From the NCBI GenBank assembly GCA_008632985.1, contig QPGO01000181.1:62001-126000 (forward strand): a stretch of 64,000 nucleotides of DNA, written 5' to 3'. This document shows, in pieces, positions 26,142 to 36,754 of the stretch. The position numbers were made by a program, and so were the translations under genes. Numbering within the stretch: position 1 is the first letter of the stretch; each line of letters opens with the position of its first letter. Source of the stretch: Psammoneis japonica (lineage: Eukaryota). The notes beneath the pieces were generated by a model. The model was not told the origin of the DNA. It did not search any database and saw nothing but the letters and a program-made list of their open reading frames with translations.

Positions 26142-27470
26142 GGGCGCACCACAGTTCTCGGCCCGTTCATTTTCTACGTGGCCTGGTGCAACCCAAATCT
26201 GTGTAGATTCAGTACATTTTGCCCTGTAGAACAGTTTTTGGGAGTGTTTTCTGGCTCACGACGCAAAATAACACGCAAAATAACACGGACAATGGCATTT
26301 CGCCGATTTCAAAAATACAGTTGTTTCTGAGGTGCTTTGTAGTGTACTCTCAACGGAGTGTCTTACGTTGTGGCATAAGGCATGTGACAAGCTCGAGAGC
26401 ACACAGGTTCACATGGGCAGCTGATGGTGAAAATTCTCACTGAAGGTTCGCGTTGACAGCGTCACTTCTGTTGCATCACGACCGACCTTGTGCATCACCA
26501 TTCATGCTGTGTGTTTCGTTGAGGCTTTATACATTAACACCCATTTGACTTGCATGTGTTGTCTCTTTCTACATTGTTCTTTTGTTCTGCAGGGTCTCCG
26601 TCATCGCAAGGCATCCCAGAAACACTTTTCCTCGTCAAGAATGTCAATTCTGCAATGCGATGGCCGTGGCAATTCCAAAACGAGGCAAAGTCACAGACAC
26701 AGCATCAGGCTGACTTCACAAAAAATGTGGTGATTTGGGGCTATGGTGTCAAAAGCTGGATAAGCTCTCAAGAGCTCAGATCCATCACAGTGCATTTTTG
26801 ACAATGGTTCTCCCCACCTCCACTTGGTGATGCGGAGTTTGATTCGGCAGACCAGTGCATCATGGCTGTTCTGAAGGTTTAGATTGCTTCTTTTGGCTGC
26901 AAGGTAGTTTATAAGCTAGAAATGTGTGGCTTACTTGCCCAATTTGTTGGCCAATGAAACAAACTTAGAGGGTGACAGCCGGGGCAGATGATCATTTTGT
27001 CAAGTCTAAAAAGCAGCTAAAGATTGTATGCCAACAAGAAGAACTAGCTTTAAAATTTATCATGGGGGTGTAGACTTTATTTTATTGGGGTGTCACGTCT
27101 CCATTGTTGTTCTAGAGTGAACATTAACTGGTGTTGTTACCGCCAACGTGCGAGTTCGCCTTGACAATCGGTTGCACTGTATTCTGAGATTTTGGAATAA
27201 AAAACAACTTTTGTTTACATTGCTCTGTTATAAGAGAAAGCTTGTTAGCTTCCCCTGGCCCTTTTGGAGCAATCGGGTAAGTGAAAGAGGAGCTGCAGAA
27301 AGATGCGGACGATGCCATTTTGATGCGTTGTCGTCAGGTGGTGTCGTCGTGAGGTCGCGTGATGGAGTGCCATGCTTTCTGTTTTGTACTGTGTCTGCGT
27401 AGGAATGTACGTGATTGGCTCTCTGGTAGTTTCTACGTAAAAAGTGTACCAGGCGATCTCTGGACCGCCC
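26142..27470. mobile_element. Non-autonomous TIR-type insertion, ~1.33 kb
   Basis: Interrupts the B2 leader; imperfect TIR GGGCG...CGCCC; ~8-bp degenerate TSD tctcaagt / tcttaaga. Confidence 0.6.
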
Positions 27471-27489
27471 TCTTAAGATGGTTCAAGGC

Positions 27490-27603
27490 TTCAAGTCAAG
27501 ATTCAAGTCAAGATTCAAGTCAAGATTCAAGTCAAGATTCAAGTCAAGATTCAAGTCAAGATTCAAGTCAAGATTCAAGTCAAGATTCAAGTCAAGATTC
27601 AAG
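27490..27603. repeat. Perfect 12-bp minisatellite (TTCAAGTCAAGA) x 9.5
   Basis: Direct read; expansion of a 2-3 unit motif in the Copia leader (2226-2254, 4546-4576, 25349-25392 minus, 63096-63126). Confidence 0.95.
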
Positions 27604-27635
27604 TTGTTTCAAGCTCATGCTCCAACTCTAGCCAG

Positions 27636-29836
27636 GACACGCTCCAGCTCTGGGTGGGACCTCGTGCTGTTGAACTGTGACATCAACAGTTTTTTGGATC
27701 GCGTCACATGTCACACATGCACATTTCCATTTGTGACATTCTACGAAATGGTTTCATGCTCACTGTTTTGTGAAACCAAAGGCTTTCCATTTTTGACATT
27801 TGTGAGAACCAAAATGCACTGGGCATGTTCTTTAATGTCTGTGGAACACACCTGGGCAAACTGTTGATGATGTGCTCCAAGTGTGGAGGAGGAGATACGT
27901 TCGTAAAATTGCCTCTTTTTCTGTTGGCAATCATTTGTGTTTTCATTGCTTGGCTCTTTGTTTGCCGTTGCAGATCACTGCAGATTTTTTTCGCGTGTTG
28001 GGACGCATGAAAATCTTCTCGCCATGACCCACCACGCACCACATAATTTCTCGGCAACGCTGAGAGCCAGAACGCATTGTCCAAACTGTTGTCATGGAGG
28101 ACACACTGTTGTAAAACATCACTCTTCATTTGGGAAGAACTTTGGCAGTGTTGAATTGTGGATGGGGACGAGTGGAAAAAGAGCACGCAAGCTTTTGTTT
28201 CGGGATCAACGTGCGAGCATTTTATGTTGTTGTCTCTTGCATTGCCATGTGTTGCTTGCTGCATTTTGTGTGATGCCTTCACATTAAATGCCAACCCATC
28301 GTTTCTGTCTTTACCTTTGTTCGTTGCATCAGAATTCATTGACAGTGCCGATGATTGCATCACGTCGCCATGCTGCAGAATTGCTTTTGCTCGGATTCAG
28401 ACACTGGTGCCAAGCTGCAGGAATTGTGAGCATGCACACGGACAACAAAAATGTGCTTCATCATTCAGAAGCAATGTTTGGAAACAGGCACAGTGTTTGA
28501 GAGATGCTTTGAATTTGGATGAGGGGCAAAAAAGATGCAGCTGGCAGCCAAGCTTTGTTTGCACATGTCAAAGCAAGTTATGTTGTCTGTTGCATTGCAA
28601 TTCATCACTCACTGGATTTTGTGCAGTGCAAGTTGGAGGGAACAGGAAGAAACAAAACACTGCTTTCTGCAATGAGAAGAGTCCTTGTCAATCTAAGCTG
28701 GAGCATGGAGCAGTGCACATGCTTCTGCAAATGACAGACAAGCACATTGACAATGAAAACCAGCAGTTGTTGTTGTGCTTGTTGCACTCAGCACACATTT
28801 TGGATGCATCAACAACAACACCCATAAAATGCAGTGCAAAAATTGGTCATCTGCTCAAAGTTTTGTTCTTGTTGTCTAAGACAGCCTCGTCTGCCTGGAC
28901 ATCTCCCTTGCTGCCCAAGCGACTTCTTTGTCAAGGCACTCTGATCGTGATGCTGCAGCAGTGTGTGCTTTGCGGGGTGTGCGTGAGCTTGTAAATGAGC
29001 AAGAGAGAAAAGTGTTTTCAGAGGACAAACAGCAAATGGATGGTCTCCTGCAAAAGGATGCACAAATGAGATCAGTGGAAGCTCACCTCATTTTCTTTCA
29101 TCTGACATGCACAAGAAGCAACGGGTGAAACAGTCGCAATCACTGATGGCACAGGAGGTAAAACAGCAGCTGCGGGAGCCACCCAAAACTTCAAATCAGC
29201 ATCATCCATGGCAGTGTCGAGGGAACTGAAGGCAAGCATAGAGATGTGCTTGTCATTGTCTGCATTCATCATGCCCACACCACAAACAACCGTGATTTTG
29301 TACTGAAAACCATGAAAAAGCAGAATGACAAGTGAGGGTCAGCTGAGGCATCACAACACATGAAAAAAGACACTCCAATGTAACACAACAACAGCACAGT
29401 GTTGTGTGCTTGCCTGTTCATTTCGTGCTCCACCAGATTCTGTCGTGCAGACATCAAAAACAACAACACCGACTCTGTTGGTGTCCGTCGTTCGCGCATG
29501 TTGCAATGCAAGAAATGCCGACACGAGAGACAGCCAGTGAGTCACAAAGCGGTGACAAGACAACAACAACACAACAAACCAATCCAAGCCACCACAATGC
29601 ATTTTGCCATGTTGATGATCACTCCACATGGTGTCGGGGCGTGGTTGTTCATAACAAATCTGAACGGCGATGTGCCATGATGATTGCAATGCTTGTTGGT
29701 GACTGTGTTGCACCAAAAAGAAAACGTGCACATGTTGCTGTGGCAAACAAAGAGTTAACAAATTTACTGCGGAGCTCACACGTAGAATTCTGCGGGCAAA
29801 TGTCACACAGAGTCCCACCTGGGACTGGAACCCGTC
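27636..29836. mobile_element. TIR DNA transposon remnant, 2.2 kb, 4-bp TSD
   Basis: Ends gacacgctccagctctgggtgggac / gtcccacctgggactggaacccgtc are imperfect inverted repeats; TSD CCAG (27632-27635, 29837-29840; CTAG in uninterrupted B1). Confidence 0.8.
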
Positions 29837-30906
29837 CCAGTCCTGACACCCACCTAGTTGCAACATGGTTCTGACCAGGCAGCAACAAATCAATGGCCTC
29901 AAGCACATTCTGGGCACTGTTCTGAATCAAGCCGCAGACAGTCCATTGCACTCTGCCCTCAGCATTGATGGCACTGACTCACACCAGGATCTCTTCACTT
30001 TTACTCCGACCCAACTGGATGCCCAAGTTTACAATGACAGCACCAATCAAATGCCCTTGACACGTGGCTACAAAGTGCAGACAGCTGCACTGATTAGTCT
30101 GTACATGGTAAAAGCACGCGGCGGCACCGATGTCAGCAATGACCCCGACTTGTTCACACTTGAGGAGCACACTGACTGTCATCTTGGTCCCAAGCACACA
30201 GCGTCCCTCTCCATGGGTGCAGCACCATCTGCTCCCACTCCTGGCTTGTTGCCACCAAAACCACATGACCCCGTGCATGACTTTAAAAGAGGCATCAAAC
30301 GTGATCCACTTGCCTTCACGACTCTCAAGTCTGACAAACAGTGGCACACATGGCACACCTCTGTCGTGGCACAGGCCCACCATCAGGACATCAGCCACAT
30401 TCCTCTCGATCCAACGTACAAGCCCTCTACAGCTGAGGACAAGGTCCTGTTTGATGAACAACAGAAGCACATTTTTGCCATCTTTGAACGCATCTTACAG
30501 AATGACAAAGGCAAGGCACTTGTTCGTGAACATGTCGGCTCTTCTCTGATGCTCAAGCAGTGTGTCGTGACCTGTCCAAGTGTGCCCTTGCATCTGCTCG
30601 TGCACCCCTGGAGTCCTTGACCCTTCTCACGTACCTCACCACTGCTCGCCTTGGTGATGGCACCTGCAAAGGCTCCACCCATGCCTTCACACTTCACTGG
30701 CAGGACCAGCTTTGCAAGTGTGAAGCCCTTGTTCCAAGTGCGGACCACTTCTCTGCTGGCTAGAAATGCGTCATGCTTGAGAATGCCATTCATCCTGCCA
30801 AAGAACTTTGTTCAGTAAAGAATCAAGCCCACCAGTTTTGCATGCAGAATGGCAGAGGCCTTTCACACGAACAATGCTGTGGGCTCCTGCTTTCTGCAGC
30901 GGCACA

Positions 30907-32227
30907 CAATTCTGCCTTTGTTTCATCTCCACACCCTCTACGTGTTTTTCTACGTAAGCTCTGGTGCAGATGTCGCCTTTTTCTGATGGTGTGATGATGG
31001 TTCTTACCTGCCTGTTCAGACGTGTTCTTTTATCAACATGCCATTGTTCTGTGATCATCGGCAATTTCATGCAGTGGAAAATGAATTGCATCAAGCTCTC
31101 GTGGCTCATTTGCTCAACGTTCTTCTCGGCATTTTTTGTTGTCATGTGCAAAGTTTCTACAAAGGTCTCAGCACAAATTCTATGTGTTGTGCAAGTCATT
31201 TCAGATGGACGACTCGTCAAACTGCTGATTGCTCTCTTTCCATGCCTCTCAAGTGTCAACGACCCCCCTTCTCTCCACTGTCTGTTCAAGTTTCCTGCGT
31301 CATGTGGTGAACATTTTCCTGTCATTGCTGTTTTCAGAAGTTTGAAGAAAAGACCAATTCTGTGCATGTTGGCAATCCTTCTGCATGCCGACAAGTCTGC
31401 ACAAGTTTCAGTAAAAATTCTATGTGTCATGGAAATGTTTTCAAATGGCTGATCTCCTAATCTCTCGACTGCTCTCTGTCCACACCTGGCAAGCTCCAAA
31501 GACTCCCCCTTCACCTGCTGTCCTTTTAAGTTCTCTGCTTTATGTGGTGAACACCCTTCCATCCTTGCTGCTGCCAGAAGTGTGAATTCGAGATCAACTT
31601 GGCTTGATTTGGTTTTTCGCCTGTTTGCCAATGCTTCCTGCCAAGTTCCTACGCAAGACTCAGCACAAGTTCTACGTGTCATGAAAACATTTTCTGATGG
31701 CCTGTCTCCTGATCATCCCATGGCTCTCTATCCACACCTGCCAAGCTCCAATGACCCCCCCTTTCCTCAATGCCTTTTTAAGTTCTCTGCTCTATGTGAT
31801 GAACTCCCTTTTGTTGTTGCTGCTGCCAGAAGTTTGATTGTGAGACCAACTCGGTGGTTGGTGATGTTTTGGTCCTTGGTTGTGACATTTACAGTGTTTG
31901 CTCTGTTTCAGATCCTTTCTTGCTTTGGAATGTTCCAAGATGGCTTGCTTCAGTGGAATGATCAGATCCAGTCACAAGAAACAAGCCATTCCATTGCTGT
32001 GGTTTCAAGTGCTTTGAAGGTGACAAATCAATTTGCTGTTGCTGTTCACAACACCATTCCCAACTGTTCCCAGCAGGCATCATTGTTTGTCAGTGACACC
32101 CATCCAGGCCAATCGCAATACATTCCTGCCGCACCATTGGTGCACTGGGGGTGTGGGTTGGCTTGTTGCCTGAGTTGCAGGGTGGAAGCATGGCAGCACT
32201 TTAAGCACAGAATTTTGGTTTTGTTTG
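30907..32227. mobile_element. Unclassified 1.32-kb insertion with 16-bp TSD (non-LTR-type signature)
   Basis: tttctgcagcggcaca duplicated at 30891-30906 and 32228-32243; internal ~255-bp tandem units; T-rich right end. Confidence 0.7.
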
Positions 32228-33480
32228 TTTCTGCAGCGGCACAGCATGACAGTGTGTTCACCCCCAAGATGGCTCCAAGTGCTCCACGCCATGCCATCTG
32301 CCAACATGACCTGGCTCCCAACGACCCTGATGATGACGCATTCTTTGATGTCGACAGTGATGTTGACATCATTCAAGCCTGCACTGCACAGACTTGCAGC
32401 ACCTCCCTCACCAAGGAACAATGGCGTCGCATTCCGCCAGACCACCAGCGCATCTGGGACACCTTGCCTCAGTCCACCAAGGCCATCATCCTTGGTTTGC
32501 GCACTGCCCACACCAGCAACTGTCATGAATCAACCGCAGTCAACCTGCACAACCTCCATCTTGGCAGCGACGGCAATGTCAACTTGTCCGCCAGCACCCA
32601 TGATCTTGCGTCAGCCCCTGAACCACCTGATGCTGCGGCCAACTCAGCAGGTGCTAACCCCATCCTGGCTCATCTCACCAGGCACAAGCCTTTGCCACCT
32701 CGCGACTTGCAATGTCTCCTGGCACCTGAACGGCCTCCTGCTGCCCGCTCTGGCAAGAAACCCCCCAGATCTGTGCCTCCCAATGGATCCACATCTTTCT
32801 GCAACACCGATGCTGACATTGAGATCAACGGTCACAAATGCCATTGTGTCAACAATCACAATGTTGTCTGCTCTGCATCGACCCAAAACTTGACTCACAA
32901 GGGTGCTCTCGTGGATCGCAGTGCAAACTGTGGTGTCGCCAGTGATGATGTTTGTGCTGTTGCCTGCACTGATCATCAGGTCGACGTCCAAGGTGTTGAC
33001 AACCATCAGCTTGTCGACATTCCTGTTGTCACTGCCGGCAGTGTCATCCACACACAATGCGGACCTGCCATTGCCATTCTTCACCAGCATGCCTGCAATG
33101 GAAAAGGGAAGACTGTGCACTCTTGTGGTCAACTGGAGTGGTGCAAGCACGACTTCAACGATTGGTCCATCAAGGTCCCCAATGGTCTGCAGTGCATCAC
33201 CACCATTGATGGATGCGTCATTCCCATTAACATCAAAGGCGGCCTTCCGTACATTGCCATGCGTCCACACACTGATGCCAAATGGGACACCCTGCCACAT
33301 GTCGTCCTCACTGGTGATGACACTTGGGACCCATCTGTCCTTGGCCACCAGTTCACCAACGATGAGATGTGGCATGATGCCATGTCTGACCTCCAAGATG
33401 ACCCAACTGCCAACCTCTTTGATGAGTTCAGCAACTGTCATCACCCTCATGTCATCAACAATGCCATGCTTACAGACTCC

Positions 33481-34298
33481 ATCCTTGATGACCACCTGCT
33501 CCCGATGTCTCATTTCTTCTACGAATGCCACAAGCGCAAGATCAATCCCAAGGACCCTGTTTTTGAGTTGCTGCACCCTCATTTTGGCTTTCTCCCAAAG
33601 GACACTGTTTGCCGCACTTTTGATTGCCTGACACAGTGTGCCCACATGCCTGCCAACACACACTTGAAAAAGGTGCACAAGTTGCCTAACTTGGCTCTCA
33701 CAATGTCAACCGCCACAATGACCCCATTGCCACTGACACGGTGCACTCTGACACCCCTGCCTTTGACTCTGGCTGCATCAATGCACAGCTCTTTGTCAGC
33801 ATGGAATCTCTTGTCATGGACATGTGCAGAACCAAAACTGACAAGGAATTTGTCAACACGCTCGAAAACAACATCCATGATCGTGGTGCATCCTTGATGA
33901 CCACCTGCTCCCAACGTCCGATTTTTTCTACGAAAGCCATGAGCGCAAGATCAATCCAAAGGATCCAGACTTTGAGTCTCTGCGCCCTCATTTTGGCTTC
34001 CTTCCAAAGGACACCATCTGCCACACTTTTGATTGCATGATGCAATGTGCTGGCATGCCCACCAGGATGCACTTGGAAAAGGCGTGCAAGTCGCCCAACC
34101 TGGCTCTCAACGTCCACCAACACAACGAACCCGTTGCCACCAACATGGTGTGCTCTGACACCCCTGCTGTTGTCTCTGGCTGCACCAGCACCCAGCTCTT
34201 TGTTGGCACTGAATCCCTTGTCATGGATGCATGCAGAACCATGACCAACAAGGAATTCATCAACATGCTTGAGAACAACATTCACAATCGTGGTGCCC
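33481..34298. repeat. 409-bp tandem duplication within B2 integrase
   Basis: 'atccttgatgaccacctgctccc' at 33481 and 33890; both units encode DTPA.DSGC...TDKEF.N.LEN. Confidence 0.88.
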
Positions 34299-34611
34299 CG
34301 TCCAAGCATCCTTCGTGCCCTCTTCATCTCTAGTTGGCACAAAGCGAGCCTCACCAACAGCATCAGAAATTTGCTTGGCATCGCTGCCAAACTGTGAAGA
34401 CCATGGCCAACACCATCATGGATTGCTTCAAATCCCTGTGACAGGATTTGAACAGGATTTAGGTGCGCGCAAAATGTCACGCACTGTTTAGTTTACCGTG
34501 CACAGTTTTGTGTGCTTTAGTTCCGCGCGTTCGGGCGTGATGTAGTTTGCTTTCGAGCCACAAGGCTCACAAGAATGACAACAGTAGCCCGATCACACCG
34601 ACTTAAAAAAA

Positions 34612-36397
34612 AAAAAAAAACATGAGGAGACAAGAAAGGATCAAGATCCAAGAGCAATGTTGCATTCTCCAAGTGGGTCATCTTGAGATGAGCTGCGTCT
34701 CCCCAATTGCAGATGCTGTTGTGCTTTTCAAAGCTCAAGGCACACTTGGGATCTTCTGGGATTCCACATCCGCACTTGCAATGGAAGGAGCAAAGCTTGG
34801 TCTGGTTGACAATGTTGAACGGCGGGGCAACATTGCAGGCGGCATGGCGTTTGCACGACTCGGGGAACAGAGCAAGCATGAGTTCATAGGCACAAGCGGT
34901 GGTTTTGTGTTCCACCAATCCGATTGCAAGCTCAGCTGCATCTCCAGAGAGACTGATCCAATTGGAGAAACGAGTCTCAAGGTGCAAGCCTTCAGGGATC
35001 GGATTGGAGCAAGACATCTTGTGGTGCAAGGCTGCAGATGTCTGATTGGGGCAACCAGTCCCGTGCTGCAAGACTTCTGGGATCCAAAAGGACTTGCCAG
35101 TCTTGTGACACGAGTCTTCGGGGATCCAATCAGGAGGCCAAGTCTTGAGGTGCGAGACTTGGGGGATCCAATCAGGAGGCCGAGTCTCGTGGTGCAAGAC
35201 TTGAGGGATCCAATCCGGAGGCCGAGTCTTGAGGTATGAGATGTGGAGGATCCAATTGGGAGGCCCGGTCTCGAGGCACAAGACGTGGAGAGTCCAGTTG
35301 GGAGGCCTGGTCTCAAGGCACGAGACTTGGGGCATCCGATCAGGAGGCCCAGTCTCGATGTATGACACTTGGGGCATCCAATCAGGAGGCCCAGTCTCGA
35401 GGTACGAGACTTGAGGCATCCAATCAGGAGGCCTGGAGTCGAGGTACGAGACTTGAGGCATCCAATCAGGAGGCCCAGTCTCGAGGTGTGAGACTTGGAG
35501 CATCCAGTCAGGAGGCCTGGTCTCATGGTGCGATGCTTGGAGGATCCGAAGACAATGAAGCTGCTTGGATGTCCTGAACTCCCCATCTGATGAACCGGTT
35601 GAACTGTTGTGAACAGATTCAATGACGGGAAAAGGAGGCTCCCCATCAGGAGATGCGAGAAGCAAGTTGTCATCTCCATCACTTCCCAAACGAAGACTGT
35701 GAAGGGTGACAGTGGTCGACACCTTTCTTGTGCCTCGAGACCGGGCCTCCCAATTGGATCCTCCACATCTCATGCCTCAAGACTCGGCCTCCGGATTGGA
35801 TCCCTCAAGTCTTGCGCCACGAGACTCGGCCTCCTGATTGGATCCCCCAAGTCTCGCACCTCAAGACTTGGCCTCCTGATTGGATCCCCGAAGACTCGTG
35901 TCACAAGACTGGCAAGTCCTTTTGGATCCCAGAAGTCTTGCAGCACGGGACTGGTTGCCCCAATCAGACATCTGCAGCCTTGCACCACAAGATGTCTTGC
36001 TCCAATCCGATCCCCGAAGGCTTGCACCTTGAGACTCGTTTCTCCAATTGGATCAGTCTCTCAGGAGATGCAGCTGAGCTTGCAATCGGATTGGTGGAAC
36101 ACAAAACCACCGCTTGTGCCTTTGAACTCATGCTTGCTCTGTTCCCCGAGTCGTGCAAACGCCATGCCGCCTGCAATGTTGCCCCGCCGTTCAACATTGT
36201 CAACCAGACCAAGCTTTGCTCCTTCCATTGCAAGTGCAGATGTGGAATCCCAGAAGATCCCAAGTGTGCCTTGAGCTTTGAAAAGCACAACGGCATCTGC
36301 AATTGGGGAGACGCAGCTCATCTCAAGATGACCCACTTGGAGAATGCAACGTTGCTCTTGGATCTTGATCCTTTCTTGTCTCCTCATGTTTTTTTTT
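34612..36397. repeat. Inverted repeat, ~670-bp arms (34612-35283, 35726-36397), ~440-bp spacer
   Basis: ORFs 34517-35773(-) and 35728-36423(+) translate nearly identically over the arm. Confidence 0.93.
35120..35540 (-). repeat. 42-bp tandem repeat, 10 clear units plus ~4 degenerate
   Basis: Unit ~ggcatccaatcaggaggcccagtctcgaggtacgagacttg; translates on minus strand as ETGPPDWMPQVSYL. Confidence 0.9.
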
Positions 36398-36754
36398 GGT
36401 GCTTTGACTCCAAAGTTCTTTAGTCAATCCAAAGTCGAATCTGTTTCTGTGGCTCCTCAAGCAAACTGGGGAGTGACAGGATTTGAACAGGATTTAGGTG
36501 GGCGCGAAATGTCGCGCGCTGTTTAGTTTGCCGCGCACAGTTTTGTGTGCTTTAGTTCCACGCGTTCGCGCACGATGTAGTTTGCTTTCGAGCCACAAGG
36601 CTCACAAGAATAATGACAGTAGCCCGATTGCACCGACTTGCATGTCTTTCGGCTCCTGCAACGGTCTCTGAGCGGAGACTCATCTGCCATTTAGACAGCA
36701 GTGAGGAGTTGTTGTTTGAATTCTTGCCATTTGCCTTCAATTTCTGTCACCCTG

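Larger units (their letters stand above)
34439..36749 (+). mobile_element. Non-autonomous subfamily A LTR element with fold-back interior
   Basis: TSD CCCTG (34434-34438, 36750-36754); truncated 5' LTR 34439-34604 then A16; PPT and full 3' LTR 36474-36749. Confidence 0.9.

Noticed and set aside
27359..27867. FKSR- or SSQD-repeat proteins
   Set aside because: Translations of a 12-bp minisatellite in a TE leader.
35120..35540. CRISPR-like array (palindromic repeats)
   Set aside because: Head-to-tail 42-bp units with no unique spacers, no cas genes, eukaryotic context.
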